64,000 nucleotides of DNA from Veleropilina oligotropha (lineage: Eukaryota): assembly GCA_048128005.1 (NCBI GenBank), contig JBEUKZ010000014.1:1-64000 (forward strand), read 5' to 3'. Shown piece after piece: positions 49,113 through 64,000 of the stretch. Each line of letters begins with the position of its first letter. Positions within the stretch are counted from its first letter, which is position 1. The notes under the pieces were generated by a model. It had not been told where the DNA came from. It saw only the letters and a program-made list of their open reading frames with translations, and ran no database searches. The translations under genes were made by a program, and so were the position numbers.

Positions 49113-49445
49113 ATAATAATAATAATAATAATAATAATACTCCGGTCTTATATAGCGCATTATTACGCTAGTGTCTCAATGCGCTGAACATTATTACCCC
49201 TGGTTATAGGCCTGTTACACTCGATGTACCATCTCAACTCCCTCTGGGAGCATTACAGTCATTTACACGCGGGTAGCGCCGTGACTTACATAACTGCCAA
49301 CCAGGTACCCATTCAGATCGGCTGGGTGGACCGAGGCAAATATATGCTTATTTCCTTGCCCAAGTGAAATCGCCGAGCTTTGGGGGCGAACTCGAGACTC
49401 TGTGACCAGAGTCCTGTGAACAACCCACTGAGCCACGACGGCATA
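49113..49445 (-). mobile_element. SINE with Deu/Nin-like central domain and (TAT)n tail
   Basis: Minus strand reads a tRNA-like head, CTTGGGCAAG..GCCTCGGTCCACCCAGC..GAATGGGTACCTGG, and tail GCGCTATATAAG..TATTATTATT. Confidence 0.7.
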
Positions 49446-52400
49446 TAGTGTGTAGGCCAACTATAAAATTTGGACCCCCGCCTTTGAAAATCATGGAACC
49501 TTCCATGATACTACGAACCTCCTCTACAATGCAATCTATGATAATTATCCGAAATATTTCAGGAGGGGATTAAAAAATCGTGCCCCCTTCGATAATTCCT
49601 TGACACGCCCCCTGGGCGCTGTGGTGAATTATTTTATAAAGATGTCAACTGTTGTCTTTCATACGATCTTCGCATGTTGTGGGTAGGTTAAGACAAGATC
49701 ATATGTAAACCATAAAACGTTTAGTTTGAGTATCTTCCTTTAGTTTCAATTGGTGAGTCACAATATACTTGCTTGACTTGTGTGTATGGTCGCATGTCTT
49801 TGCATCTTCGAAAAGCAGCATTGCATGGATTGGATCCAGAACAGATCCTTGTGGTACACCACATTTCAGAAGCCGATGTTCAAAATTTTGCTACTCAATT
49901 ATAGCTAATTGAAAAGTGTTAGCTAAACACGACCTGAGCAAATTTATGATGTACCTGAGATGTTGCTAGAAGCGTGTAAGACGAGTAGAACTATCCAAAT
50001 TAATTTAGTCATTCGTATTTAAATAGACAGCGGTAAACAGTATCCAGTATAGAGTTGCATTTTCAATATTGGTTTCACAAGTGTAATTTGTAATTCACGT
50101 CCGTATGATCAGATTGACATGTAAACCTGGTTGTTCCGAATGCAAAATAACCGTTCAAATAATATTAAAAGTGGTCATTAAAGTCCCCAACCAACCAACT
50201 ATTATACAAGTTATAGTAGATAGAAAGCGAAATGTCGTCAATGTAAATTTCAATGTTGTGCTTGTTACTTGATAATTGACATTTAAATTTGTTTTCGATT
50301 TATGACAGTTCAATGAGATAAAATTATTTGAAGTATATAAAAATAGCCCAAGCGTGACTGGTCGAAGAGGGTGGGTTTACCCGGGTGACCGGGCTTTCCT
50401 CCCGCGATAATTATGGACATGTCCTGGCTTGAACCAAATGATGGCTGGAAATATACAGGACATTAAGCATCGATCCTTTCCTTTCATTTTGATATTCGTA
50501 TGGATGGCTCATTTATCCCCACATGGTGACCCAATACTCCCCATGGATGAGAGGACTGAGTCACTTTTTGAAGGCACGATTATTTGAATGTATTTATTTT
50601 ATTTTATTACATTCATTTGCATTCACAAGTTGGATTTATTGCTCACTCCCATTGCTATCATATATGCATAAACAGTTTCTCATTTGGAAAATCATCTCAA
50701 ATATATTGTGAAAAGAAAAAAATTGACCCACTCCTCTCCACTCTCCCCTATTATATAGACGTGAATACCCCATGATGTTAAAAAGTTGGGGAAAATCACA
50801 TGAAAGCAGTTTTGATACAGAGAGCACCCAATTGATATGGTAAAGAGACTTTTTCAAAGATAGATCTGAATGTCTTTCGTGTAATAAGGAGTAGTTTAAA
50901 ATCAATATGGCAAATATACTTTATCATAATTATAACTTTATCATATGTCAAGCAATATATGATGGCTGAAATTTTTGCACCTGATCATGTTGTGCAGAGC
51001 CACCAGTACCGCGGTCAGCCACATCCCAAGAAATCGCGATTAAAATGTTGCCGCATTCGTTTCACTGCAGTGTAAAAGCCGTCGTTTGTATAGACCCTAT
51101 GCTTTCGTTTGTTGCAGACGCCATGATTTGTTTTCCTGGTTGAATTCATTTGGAAGTCCAAATATTGTTTCATATGATATGCCTGCATCCCTATTTCATT
51201 ACTTATTTTTGCATGCTATACATAGGAAAATGTAAGTACTCCTTTTAATTAATCAAATTGTGATAATTAAACGGTTTAATTGCGTTATTTGATGTTGTTT
51301 ACGTTGTATCGTAGAAATTCGAATCACACAACTTCCCCCAAACAGCTAAAACGGTATCGTTGGTCTTAGTTATTATGAGTAAATAAACCACACCACACAA
51401 CTTACATGGCTAAAGTTACATATTTAGCGAATAAAGAACGTACCTTACAGTACGAAATTGTTCGAAAGAAACTTGTACTCTAATGGAAAGAAGAAATACA
51501 AATCTTTCCTCTAATTCTGTAACGTTGGATTTATACATAAATAAATGCGTCATTCTAAAATCTGCCTGAAGCGGTCAAGTTCCAGTTCGTTAACTAGTAT
51601 GGAATTCGCCTAATTCATCCCTATTCTTCAAAATATCATGCATCCATGAGCGTCTCCTGAGTTTTTTCCTTACCAAGTCAGCCCCAGGAGTGCCGGGGAT
51701 TTTCCCAATGATTGCTGCCTCTATTACACAGCACCAACTCATCTCATCATTCAAAGTTGATTGTCTCGATTTATAGCTGAAATACTATTGGCGTGGCCGT
51801 TAAACATCAATTCATCCATCATCTTACCAAATCAACCATAACATCGTCATCAGATGAGCAATTGCCTGATGCCACTTTATTTCAAATATAAGGTATTGAA
51901 AAAGAAAACCAAAATGGCTGTAGAAACAAAATCATTTATTGCATAACGTACAATTTAGTATGAATTGCGTTTGACGTGCGCGACACATATATGTTCGGCT
52001 TATCCAATAGTTGACGCTTGAACGTGCTCATCAAAATTGACGTGCGCACCAGGTGCGCACACATGTGTTTTTCCCTTAACGCCATTAATTTGGGGAAGTC
52101 CTCCATGTTAAGACAGCACAAAATTTATGGTAATGGGAGCGGACCCTCGCTAATATTTACATGCCCTGCATTTAACACGAAGGTTGTAAATATACAGGAC
52201 ATTTAACACTGATCCAGTCGTATCATAATGAATAGCTAGCGAAATTTTGCATCACATACCTAAGTATGCCTAATTGAAATTCTAAATTTCAAATGTCCGT
52301 AGATCATACTGTGTTTATCCTACCAACAATTCTTCACAAAAACAATGGTAAGGTTTGAATAAAGACGATATCTGCAAAGTTTCATTCCGATCCGCCAAAC

Positions 52401-52783
52401 TATTAAAGAGAAAACGGAGTTTAAAGATTTTTCAAAATTCGCAGATAATGACCTAAACACACCGGATAGCAACTATTTTTTTGCTGCAAACGTAAGATAT
52501 CATATGCATCTACCCAGCAGCAAAGTTTGAAATGGATAGTTATAGCAGATTAAGATAAACAGGTATGTCAATTTCTATATTTGTGTTATGAAAAATTAAC
52601 CGAAATGACTTCATTTTGTCAAGATGGCGGCTGACATACTTAAACCAATCCACACCAAATTTGCACAACAGCTAGAGAATAAGCCTTAATAATGATATTG
52701 TGAATCTCATTGCCCTATCATAAATGCATTTAGAGATATTAAACTTTGATTTTGATCCAATTACCCAATCAAAATACACTTAA

Positions 52784-53759
52784 AGGTGCAGGATCTACTT
52801 CAGATCGCTAAAACGTATTTAAATGCTGTTCTCTCTTACACTTTCTGCATTGATTTATTGCATATAGTTAGGACCTTTCAGAGATTACCACACACGGCAA
52901 AAACAATTTTCACTTAGTAATAAATATTTGAACTTTTTTTATTGAATTATGAGATCGATCTCATAATTCGAGCCGATTGTACGTGAGATTTATACGGAAA
53001 TGAACGACGGCTTGGCGGAATCTTAGCTCCGCCCTAAATCACTCCCGCGATCTATATATACCGGGTCATGTCAAGGTCGTCCTTGTCCGAGTTTTGTTTA
53101 TATCGGTTTCTATGGCGGGTGTCGACAAAAGAAAGAGAGGCAGGCCGCCGTTATCGACTGTTATAAACAAAGTATTTATCTATGAAAGAATAATGCAATT
53201 ATCACCAACCTTTGAATTTAAGACGATTATAAAATTGATGTATGCGAAAAACTAGAAATAATAAATAACGCGATCAATGAAAATTGGATGCGGCTACTTC
53301 AACTTGTAAACAAACAGTGAATGCCCATTATTACAATGTCGAGGTGCGCAATAGGCCTAATTTGTTGGTGAAATAAATATGGTTATTATGTTAGTATTGC
53401 TGCCATATACTACAATTATGAGAAACTAGCTATATCTTTCAATGCAATACATCAATTTCAGCGAACCGCAAATAAACACTGACCTAGATGCAATGCCATT
53501 TCCTTGCTCTGCACGTCAATCATATCGACGGGACCACGTGACGTTTGACCCAATAACGATAAATGAGATAAGATTGGTTCGGAGATTGACGCGCTCGAAT
53601 AAAATACCACGTCGGCTGAAGCGAATATTAAATGCTAGCAACACCTTTTGTTGCATTTTAACTTTTCCTTCGTCCTAAAAACATGTCATGTATGGATACC
53701 ATATCGTATTTATAGTTTTCTTTTATATGAAATATCATACGAATGTAGATTCAGCATCT
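52784..53759. mobile_element. Kolobok-like non-autonomous DNA transposon
   Basis: TTAA|AGGTGCAGGATCTAC ... GTAGATTCAGCATCT|TTAA; 12 of 15 TIR bases match. Confidence 0.6.
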
Positions 53760-54474
53760 TTAAGTTTACAACAAAAGTATGACCCATAGTACATGTATAT
53801 CAAATATCATTGTTGTAGCTTTTATATTTTTTAAGTTATTGCAATTTAAAAATTCAAAATGGCCGATCATTTTACTGGAGTCTTAAAAATGGGGCTCTTT
53901 GTTTGATTAGGGTGAAACCAACTTTTAACACATTTTAGGTGCTTGATTGAGGAAACCTTGTGCAAATTTAAAAAAAATGTATCTCGCCGTTTTTCAGAAA
54001 TTTAAAGTATTAAACGCAAAATCCAATATGGCGGCTGCCCTAATTAAAAAAATTATGGCGTGACTTCACTTGATGCAATGTTATGTCACATATAAACTAA
54101 ATGTAAAAGCCCATTGTTCTTGTTATAAGATTTTTAGAGTTATTACTGAAATAATTATTTTTTATGGCCTCACAAACAACAAAATGACAACAAGGCAACC
54201 TAAATAAAAAAAGCATTCAAGTTCAATATCTTGCCTACAAATGTTACAATTTTGAAGCTACTGACTTTAGCCGTTTTGGAGTTATCTGTGACACAAAATT
54301 GCCTGGAATAATAATAATAAGAAGAAAAATCTCAGCGATTTCAATAGGGCTCCAATCGGTTAAGGTTGGACCCCTAATTATGAGATAGGCCTATTGAAAA
54401 CTGTGTTACTTTGTTGTTTGATTTGGGTAGGTAGGTAGTTAGGTAAATTGTTTTAAGAATACTTTTTTGGCAAT

Positions 54475-54655
54475 TTTTCAGCCTTATCGCAGTCGGGACA
54501 CCCGGATTTAGGTCTCGCTACGATCTGACCGTCATATGTTAGCGATTATGCCATCTATTAGTTTTAAGTGTTAGAATAGCCACGGGATTTGAACCCACAT
54601 TCTACCGTCCGACTTATCGTTTTTCCCACGCTCTACCAGTTGAGCTATTGAGGAC
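54475..54655 (-). mobile_element. tRNA-derived SINE, a further family
   Basis: Similar to 60605-60790 (CAGTCGGGACACC..GGTCTCGCT..GATCTGACCG..GAACCCACAT). Confidence 0.6.
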
Positions 54656-55866
54656 TTGATTTGGGATGAGAGCTAGCAACATTTTTGAATTTGTTGGGCT
54701 AGTAATTAAGGGTTATCCCTTAACATTAGGATCATTGCGCTTTTGGAAGTGAGTGATCAACATTTCCGATTTCCAAACTTTTGTCATTATGGTTATTGTT
54801 TGTGTGCTGTAGTTTATTATCTAATGTGTTGTGCGGCCCAGAGATACATTTCTTGCAAACATGACACCTGTTGTTTTATATGGAATTAACATACTTGCTC
54901 TCAATAATGGAATCAATAAACTATAATTAAAGCTTTTTCGCTATCAACATACCTTTGCTATGACTTTCTGGAAAATGGACAAATAACTGACGAAGTAATG
55001 CATCCAAGGGTTTTGTTATATGCCGGTATCCGAATAATTTTACTAGATGTTACTAATCCCGGCTACTTATATAAATGCACATAATATTATGTGCATATTT
55101 CAAGTTCATGAAATATGTAGATTCAGTAAGAGGCTATTTGAGCTTGCCCCTCCTACTCTTCATGGCAAACATAATTTACATCTTATGCATAATGCACATA
55201 ACAGTGCCGAACTGGTGTGAGACATAATTCTTGCATAACACTGTTATTGTTTACACCTATTTTTGTCACCGGTGGTTCCTGTAGGAACTGGCCTGCTAAA
55301 ACGCCGATGAATGGATGCGAGCCTAAAACTCCACACCACCTCCGCAACCCTACTGTTCATCTGGTACAATACATGCCTACTTCAATTCTATGAAAACCCC
55401 TGCTCATCATTTCAAAACGTAAATCCTCAGCAAAATTAAATCGCATGTAAATAATGAATTTCAAAGTAATTGATGACATCATGAGCAAAAGATAATTTGA
55501 AGTTGGCTGCCTTGAATAATTGGCATACCATTATAACCATATGCATATTATCTCCGTTTATGTTAAAGCTATTTGGTTGAAACATATTTTGTCATAAACA
55601 CCATAAAATTACTGTACTATTATCAATAAAATTTAGTATATAATACTAGATATTTGTTAAGATATTATTGACATTCGCTGTGATCAAGAGAGATTGAATA
55701 CACCATGAAGCCATGCACCTAGGCCAACAGCATACACACGTGCAGTTCATTTGATGACAATTACAAGTACCATATGTCACCAAGTCATGGGGTGTCAATT
55801 CAATATTTTAAGTGATTCGTGATTCTTACTTTGCACGACCCTACTTAGAATATAATATTCTATATA

Positions 55867-56671
55867 CTGTAAAACATGATATTATTGCGACATGAAATTA
55901 TTGCGATTTGTGAAAGTCAAAAATAATGCGATATGATATTATTGCGTTTTCATCCCTGTAAGTTGGTAAAAATGTATTGTCTAAGATTTTTATAATATTA
56001 CTATGCAATTTTCGGTACATTGACCTTTTTTAAAAACAACTTAATAGTCGGGATCAACTTCTGAGAAAATAGTTTAGCCAATAACGGTCCTTACAGCATG
56101 CACTGACTCTAATGATAGGGTAAGTCACCAGTATCAAAAGTAGCCAGGAACTTCTGACAAAATTGTTTATTCAATAAGGTCCTTTGATTAACAACGTTGA
56201 ACCTTTTAATGGAGTCATTCACCAGTGATCAATGGTTGTATTAAGTAAACAGCTCGTAAAGTTCTATGAATGCCGATGCAAGAAGCTGTCAAGTAGTAAT
56301 CTCTAAAACAATCAGCCTATACACATTGTGTACTAGGTTGAGTAGCCTAATCCTGACAAAAAACAGTGAAATCGATAACAGCAATTGTTCCATTACGACA
56401 GGACTCTAATTCATGTTCACAAACGTATTTTATATGAAGGATTTATTTTATTGTCTTCAATTGTTTTGTTTTATTCCCTTGTATATATGACTTACTAGTA
56501 TTGTCTGACTACTCGACATGTTCTGGATTGCTAATATATATGTTGCAATTATTACTAGTACCTTCTATAAATTATTAGAACTAGAAAAATATTGCGACAT
56601 ATTATTGCGATCACGAGCCACTTGCAATATTCGCAATAATATCATGTACGCAATAATTTCATGTTTTACAG
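55867..56671. mobile_element. TA-flanked MITE
   Basis: TA|CTGTAAAACATGATATTATTGCG ... CGCAATAATTTCATGTTTTACAG|TA. Confidence 0.75.
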
Positions 56672-56858
56672 TATCCTGAACCTTAAACTGCGAAACAACG
56701 TATGTTTCTGTGTACTATTATACTGATACTAATTCCAATGGATTTTATACAGACACCTATACAGCAAAAACAACTTATAAGTCTGCATTACATGAAAGTT
56801 TACCTATTTATAGCACACTTACCATTTGTTTTTCAGGTAGCAGTAGTTAAATTCCATC

Positions 56859-59800
56859 ATGAGTGAGCCAGAAGGGGAGACAACTGCAGGTTGTGATAAC
56901 CAGGCAGAAACCGACGCACCGATCTCACCACCAAATGATGAGAGATTGGAAGAAGGAGAGAAAGAAGTGGTTAATGTTGTCGAGATAAGTTGCCGACAGG
57001 ATGAGGCTGTCTCTATCGAACCCGCTAACGGTTCATCAGGTTCAGATAGCGGTGATCGGAATTTGAATAACAATTCAGATGTTGGAACGAATATCGAGAT
57101 CACGGATAAGGAGTTGTCTAACACTGCCGTAGTTCCAACTGTCGGAGTGTATTCTGGTACTGGAGTGAATGATAATCAAAATAACGCTGAGACGTCAGAT
57201 AATGTACGAGTAACGCCAGGGTTAATAATTGATGCCTGCTCTTCGGATGGAATTAGCACTGACCCGTCCACTAATAATGGCATAAACAATGAGTTGAGTG
57301 CCACTGATATTGCAGAACATACCAGAACATCGTCAGAAGACTTCGTTGACATTCCCACTGAAGATCTTATCAAAGGGAAAATTAACTCTGATAGTGTAAC
57401 CAGCAGCGTAGACACTGTTGAAATAACAGACAGATGTTTATCAGATGGTAGTGATGTCAGGAACACTTCTGAAGTACATGAAAACGGCATCTCTTCGGTT
57501 CCCGATGCAAGTGAAAGTAATCAGGTTGGATATTCGATTAAAAGCATGTGTAATGAAACCTGGGTCCATGATAAAGAAGCATCGACACAGCTACCAGTCT
57601 TTGAAGGCGATAACGCTGAACCACAGGTTGAAAAGGCGAGTACAAGAGCAGAAGTTAACAGGTCACATGCCGAAGTGACACAGTCTACAATTACTGAAAA
57701 ACCTGTTATTGATCGAGATACTGACACAGACATAGAATTATCAATTTCTGAACGAGAAATGGGAAATTTTCTTTCATTGACAAGAGAAGAAAAGGCATTA
57801 ATAGATAATTTGATTAGTGGTAATTTTACATCAACGAGGAAAACTCTTGATGGAGATGATGAAACTCCAAAGGTAGTGTCTGTTTCATATGACCAAAAAG
57901 ATCCATTAGACGTCCAGATTAGGATGCCTGGTGGGCCGCCTGTCAATATCACAAAACCTGAGACCAACGATGGTGAAACAAGTCTCACCATTGCAGCACA
58001 ACATGAAAGCGTTTTGACTGATTCTATGTTTCCTGCAGAAAAAAATGTCACTGAGGAAGATGATCCAATTGTTCAATGTATTGATAATGATAAGATAGGA
58101 GCAAAGCAAAAATATTCCGAGTTGAACGATACAGATAATTGTACGGACGCGCATAATGCAGAACAGCAAGATATAACATCTTCGAATGAGTTATCCGACC
58201 AAAATAAAGAACCACAACAGTTAAAGTCTGAAATTACAGAGAAGGTGACCAGGTCTGATGGTAAGCAACCGTCTGGAAAAGTCAAAACTGCCAATGACCA
58301 GTCCGAAATAAAGTCGGCAAGGAAAACGGAAGTTCCTAATGACCAGAAAGCTTTGTGCATGAACAGCATTGATAAATCTAGAGGCGGTTCACAAGCTAGG
58401 GACGAAAGTCCGAGTGGAAAAGGTAGTTACAGAAAGACTAGGCGAGAAGATAGAGGTACCGCGAGCCCGAAAGGAAGTCGGAAAGAGAGGTTTGTGTTCT
58501 GAGTCGTATTGTTATATTGGACAACGGGAGTTGGAAATAATAATAATTTGGTTTGTTGTAAAATCCATTTACATGTCATAAACATGTATATATAGATAGT
58601 CATACATATTGCTTTTGTTTTCAAAGGGGGATGCATCAAATCATAATAAATTGGTGATCATGCAAGTGGTGATTTCACCGGAAATCCAACAGTTCTTTTG
58701 ATTAGATTGTGTTCTTTTATTTTTTTTAAAGTGAAATAAGTTTTTCGTTATTTCATATTTTATAATACGAGCAGCTGCCAGTGCTTTGAACTAAAGATTG
58801 ATAAGTTATGTTCTATCCTCAGGATTGAAATTAAAAGATCACCATCTTCAAAAAGAGATAAAAAGGATAAGGAAATAGTTGATAATGATAGCCCCTGCAT
58901 CGAGAGGTAAGTGCAGTCTCTTTATAAATATTAATTTTATCCCCGGACAGGAGTGCAAGATACTATATATAGATCCATGCATTTATTTAATAATATATTT
59001 CGCGCTGCGTTCACAGACTCATGAGGCTACAGTCTCTAGTTGAATGTCTGCTTTTTGTTGCTTGTTTGGTTTCTTCAAGTCTATCAGTCACGATTGTCCA
59101 GAGCTACGAAAGCTGATGTATATATGTCAATGGTCAGATATTTTGTCTCAATTTGATTTAATTGCTAAACAAGACAAATTCAAATCAAATAAATTTAGAA
59201 ATTGATTGTCTCTCAGGTCACATTTCACAGATTGCTATCTGACAACGTTGCTCAACTTCTCTGATCTAAAAAGAAGCGTTGCTAAATGCCGTTTGTCCGT
59301 ATCCTTATATAGAAGAATGATGGATTGATACTTAACATCCTGTTTATTTACAACCATTAGATTCAAAGCAGGACGTGTCCATATTATGGCCGGGGAAACC
59401 TGCAATCTCCGGTCAGTCGGACAACTGCAATTGTTAACTGAACAAAGAATGTATATACTCAAACCGAGATTCGGACCCTCTCCTGTTACTTAGCCAAATC
59501 GAGCCAGTGATTTCTGAGTTGTCAAGATACCACATGACTACCGGGGTGGCCTCATGTAGGATGGATTGATGCTTAATGTGCTGTATATTTATAACCATCA
59601 GGTTCAAGGCAGGACATGTCCATATTAGCGCGGGAAAAAAGCGTGGTCACCCGGGGAAACCTGCCCTCCCTGGCTAGTTACAGACAACTGAACAAAGAAT
59701 GTTAATGCTTCAACTGTGATTCGAATCCACTTGTGTTAGTTAGGGCAATCGAGTCAGTGATTTCAGAGTCGGATCTCGATACAACACGACTACCGAGACG

Positions 59801-62800
59801 GATGGACGACCTTGAGTAGAAGAACTCTTGATGATGTACAAACATTTTGCTTCGAGTGAATCCTGATTATAAAATTTAATGCTTTTGTTATTGTAGCGAG
59901 CTAAGTAAGATTAAGAATAGCAAGGGAGTTGTGTCAGCTTCCGAATTGGAGGCGCAATGGCGACAAGAAGATGAGGAGAAACGAAAGAAAGCTGTAGAGG
60001 AAGAAAAGAAAGCAACAAAGGAACGTGAAATGGCAGAAGAGGAGAGACAGAAACAGGATGAGGTCACGGTGTGTAATATATCAAACAGCTGAATTTATGT
60101 GGTGTTTTACTTGCTGTCATCGTTAGTTCAACTAGTAGAGTTGCAGTAAAATTTTAAGTGTGATGTGGGTTCGATTCCCACTCCCTATTGACTTATTCTA
60201 ATGCTTAAAGCAAATAAATAAAATAAGTGATTGCTTAAAAACTCGCCCTTTGAAGGAGACATTAAGCCAAGGTTCCGACTACAGATACGACTGAAATATT
60301 GTCAAAATGTGGTCATAAAACGGAACCCATTCACATCACATCGCACCGTACATAGTAGATGGCTCTCGTAATTACCATCCCTGGTTACCGCTCTGTTTTG
60401 TTCTGAGAGCATTACAGCAAAACCTCTGCAGCCCAGAATCCGATTACTAAGGCCTGACGCAGATGTCAGAGTATTGATAATGTTGGTTGGATTAAGTTGT
60501 ATTTAGTGTCAAGACAACAATTGTTTGCTCATAAATTGTATTGACCTTATTATGTTGAAATTTTAATGATACGCTGTGTGCAGTAGATGCTTGGTAGGCT
60601 GGTAATTCAGCGTTATCACAGTCGGGACACCTGGTTTAAGGTCTCGCTCCGATCTGACCGACATATATTAGGGATATGCCGTCTATTCGCTTTAAGCGTT
60701 AAAATAAGCCATGCCGGAGCGGGAATCGAACCCACATCCTACCGTCCCACTTAATAACATGTGTCCAACACTATACCAGCTGTCAGAGGTATCGAGAACA
60801 ATTCTGTGTGCACTGGATGCAACGACTTTTGCAGAAAATGTTCTGGCACTGCCAAGACCTGAATATATTCTTCGATTGGTAATGAGATATAAATATTGTG
60901 ATCTTGTATTCTAAATAATTTTAAAAGTTTCATCGATGATTGCTTTTGTTTAAAACATTTTGATAAACAGGAAATTGTTTGATAATGATGAACTCACCCA
61001 ATGTAAATATATATAATATTCTTTTAAATTTTATGATATTTACATGTAGTATTTTATCCAGAGAAATCAGGAAGAAGATGTTGATCCGATGATTCAGGAG
61101 AAGGTAAAGAAACTCGCAAGTTAATTTTGTTTGATGTAATCACCATATTTTTCAATTTTTAATGCGCAGTAAATTTGTTTAATAATTAATGTAAGTATGA
61201 TTATTTATATGCTAACAACATTTACAAAGACCGTAAGTTTCGATCTGATGATAAGAATTTTTTGACTTGCTCAGACTTTTTTGAAACACTATTTTGACTA
61301 TATGATAATACGGGAGTCGTGCATGAAAGGGTTTATGAGACTGGATGCATATACGTGAGCCGCATGTGGAGTGCTAAATGGACGCATCTATATGATAGAG
61401 GTATGTATGAAATTGCGAATAACCAGATATTCCTTGCCAATGCTTTGTCCTCATGATATGGATGGACATGACCCAATTGAAATATACTTTCAACTCACTG
61501 CAGATGTATTTTAATGTTGGAAGTGCATGACGTTAAGAAGTGACAACAATAAAACTATATGCTTCGACAGGACTCTGATGGTGTACTGTCACAGTGACAA
61601 TTTGCTGCATTGTCTGACAATGTTGTTTAGGCGACACTTATTTACAATAATTATGATCTGCATCTTATGGTTTTCTGTCTTCAGAAATCAATTGAGGACT
61701 TTGTTCAAGACGCCAAAGACAGAATTGAATATAAGAGGCATCTAAGGGGAAGAAATCTGACGGCAGGTGGTAAGTTAAAAAATAATGTGGCTTCAATGTG
61801 TTGATTTCATGTGTCACATATGCCTGAAGCTGGACAGATTAAACATAGTCTTTCTGAAATTTCCCCCTCATTTCAACTAAAGCATCATTAGCTTTTGATT
61901 AAATATTAGTGATTTAATTTCGAGTTGTGTTGATATAATGATGTGTTTAAAATTTTAATATAATAAACTACTATCCGTTCAATTTTTTTTTCAGAAAACC
62001 GACCAGATGAACATTTCTTTACTAAACTTGACTCCAGTTTGAAAAAAAATACTGCATTTGTGAAAAAATTGGTAAGTGTTGTCTTTAAACCTATATGGAT
62101 GTCATTAAAGTGAGTTTGCTTGAGAATAAGATTTGAAGTTATTCTGCTACACTATGCATTTTCTAATTATATTATGTTTTATTTCGTAAATATTATTTAC
62201 TTATAATTATACTGTAATGTTGGAGATACCCTTGTATAGAATGACATTGTACCTGTTTATTGTTACTCTAGAAAAATCTAACAGAGTCACAGAAAGATTC
62301 TCTTGCTAAGGAATATACAGGCTTGAATCTGACGAAGTATATTGGAGAAGTGGTGAGTGTAATATTGACATCAAAAGATGTTTTCATATATTTGACCTTC
62401 AGGTTCATACCAGGGCATATCCATATTATCGTAGGAAGAAAGCCCGTCGCTTGGAAAACCGATCTCACCTGGCAGTTATGGACAACGGTGACTGTTAATG
62501 AACAAAATACCCAGCCAAGGATCGATATAAACCAACTCCTGTTAGCAGTCAAGCGACGGAATTGAGAGCCCACAATCATATACCCTCGGCTATCGGTGCG
62601 CCCTCTTCATACATATCACTATATAATATATTTCATATTTCTCGAGAGCAATGAACGATATTTGTTTAACGTGTCTGATTGACTGCATGCGCTACAATTG
62701 GACCAATATTAATGACAGATACTGCCTGACTGTGTTTATTGTTGTGAAATATACTGCGTCTCCGTTTCCATGCAGGCCGGTGCCATCACCGAAGCCAAGT

Positions 62801-63546
62801 TGAAGCTGTCCGACGTCAGCACGGGGATCCATCTCTGCTCCCTCATCCACCAACGCTACGTAGACTTTGCTACCGCTCTCCTGGACCACTGGCAGAAATA
62901 CTTCCTGACCAAGAAAGATGAAAAGGTTTGAGCATTTCGATTTATTTGTCATGGTTGGTATGATTTTGACATTCCGAATGACTGTGGTTTTAACGGTGGA
63001 CATTATAATTTCAATGCATTCTTTTCATATCTTTGTTAATATTGTAAGGTTATATGAACTAAGTTTTCTGCTGTGATTGTTTGACCCCTTTGTGTGTAAT
63101 GGATATATCAAAGATTGTCTCCATTTTCATTTTGGATATGTATCATTTATTTTGACAGTCGACATTTCTTTCTTAATCTGTAACTAAAAACTGGTTGGCA
63201 TTATGCAGATTTTGCTTCAAGTTGATGATTGAATGTTTTTGCCACACTTGCCGTCATCATAATCATACAATTCCTGTCCTTCAAGATTTCCAATCCAAGC
63301 AAGTACCGTGTAGACCTTCGCTTCTTTGCTGAGCTAGTGTCTGTGGGGGTGTTCACCAACAAAGAGGGCCTCAGCGTCTTGGCCAATCAGCTGTCCATCT
63401 TGGTCAACAGTGACAAAGACGAACACAGCAATTTGTCCATCCTGTCAAGCTTTGTCAAGCACTGTGGCGACGACTACGCAGGGCTGATACCGAGGAAATG
63501 TCGACAGCTGATCGAAAAGTACGGCCTAGAGATTGAGAGAAGCAAG
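56859..63546 (+). CDS. UPF2: Regulator of nonsense transcripts 2, 5' portion (continues past the window)
   Basis: In-frame exons 56859-58489, 58823-58906, 59897-60062, 61062-61103, 61685-61769, 61995-62071, 62272-62352, 62776-62925 and 63286-63546. MIF4G-1 sequences RPDEHFFTKLDSSLKKNTAFVKKL, LNLTKYIGE, EAKLKLSDV, RVDLRFFAEL and SFVKHCGDDYAGLIPRK. Confidence 0.93.
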
Positions 63547-64000
63547 GTAAGGGAAATGTAAGCAGTGCTCGACATAGCCGGTCGCCCGCTTGCCAGCGGC
63601 GAGTAAATGTCCATTTGGGCGACTACAGACAGTAAAAACAACGATAGTTACTGGCCCGAATAATGCCATTATGGCGAGTGGAATCTGTGGGAGTCAAAAG
63701 TTTCACCCCATAAACGATAGGATAAATCAATAAACGGACTTATGAAATCGTGTTTCGTTTCATTTTCAATACTTTTATACAGCTAATATCGTTTGATGCG
63801 TCGCGACAATCTTCAAATGTTGTCCGACATTTTGGACATCGACTTAAAAGTTTATAGTGTTCTTGCAGCGAGTGTATCAAATACCCATTGACTATTTCCG
63901 TACATTGCCGAGAAGTGGTTTTCGGAACCCGTTGCTGTTTTCTCGTACTCTTTATTGCCATTCTACTTATCGTCGGTCATTTCCGTATATTCCGGTTTTG

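Noticed and set aside
60115..60200. tRNA-like sequence (GTTAGTTCAACTAGTAGAG..GGGTTCGATTCCC)
   Set aside because: It runs into a repeat body shared with other copies, so it is a SINE head rather than a tRNA gene.

Overview
AT-rich animal genomic DNA, probably a mollusc or other lophotrochozoan judging from its SINE and Helentron/HINE repeat types (inference). It carries two + strand host genes: a complete 21-coding-exon MCM10 (945-28034) and the 5' part of UPF2 (56859 to beyond the window end), with introns full of SINEs, MITEs, LINE fragments and tandem arrays. Between them is a visibly GC-rich, intronless, gene-dense 16.2-kb insertion (29564-45762) with 159-bp terminal inverted repeats (AGCAGCAG...CTGCTGCT) and a TTCTT target-site duplication. 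I read it as a full-length endogenous Polinton/Maverick-like virus. It encodes a DDE integrase, an A32-like packaging ATPase, putative major and minor capsid proteins, many small membrane proteins and a secreted cysteine-rich protein. Its 1284-aa replicase appears to join an OTU-like protease, an exonuclease-less divergent family-B polymerase, an SF1 helicase and an HNH nuclease. No adenain-type protease is visible. Virion-module genes carry a few stops and frameshifts, while integrase and replicase are intact. All domain calls are by eye from motifs; no searches were run.
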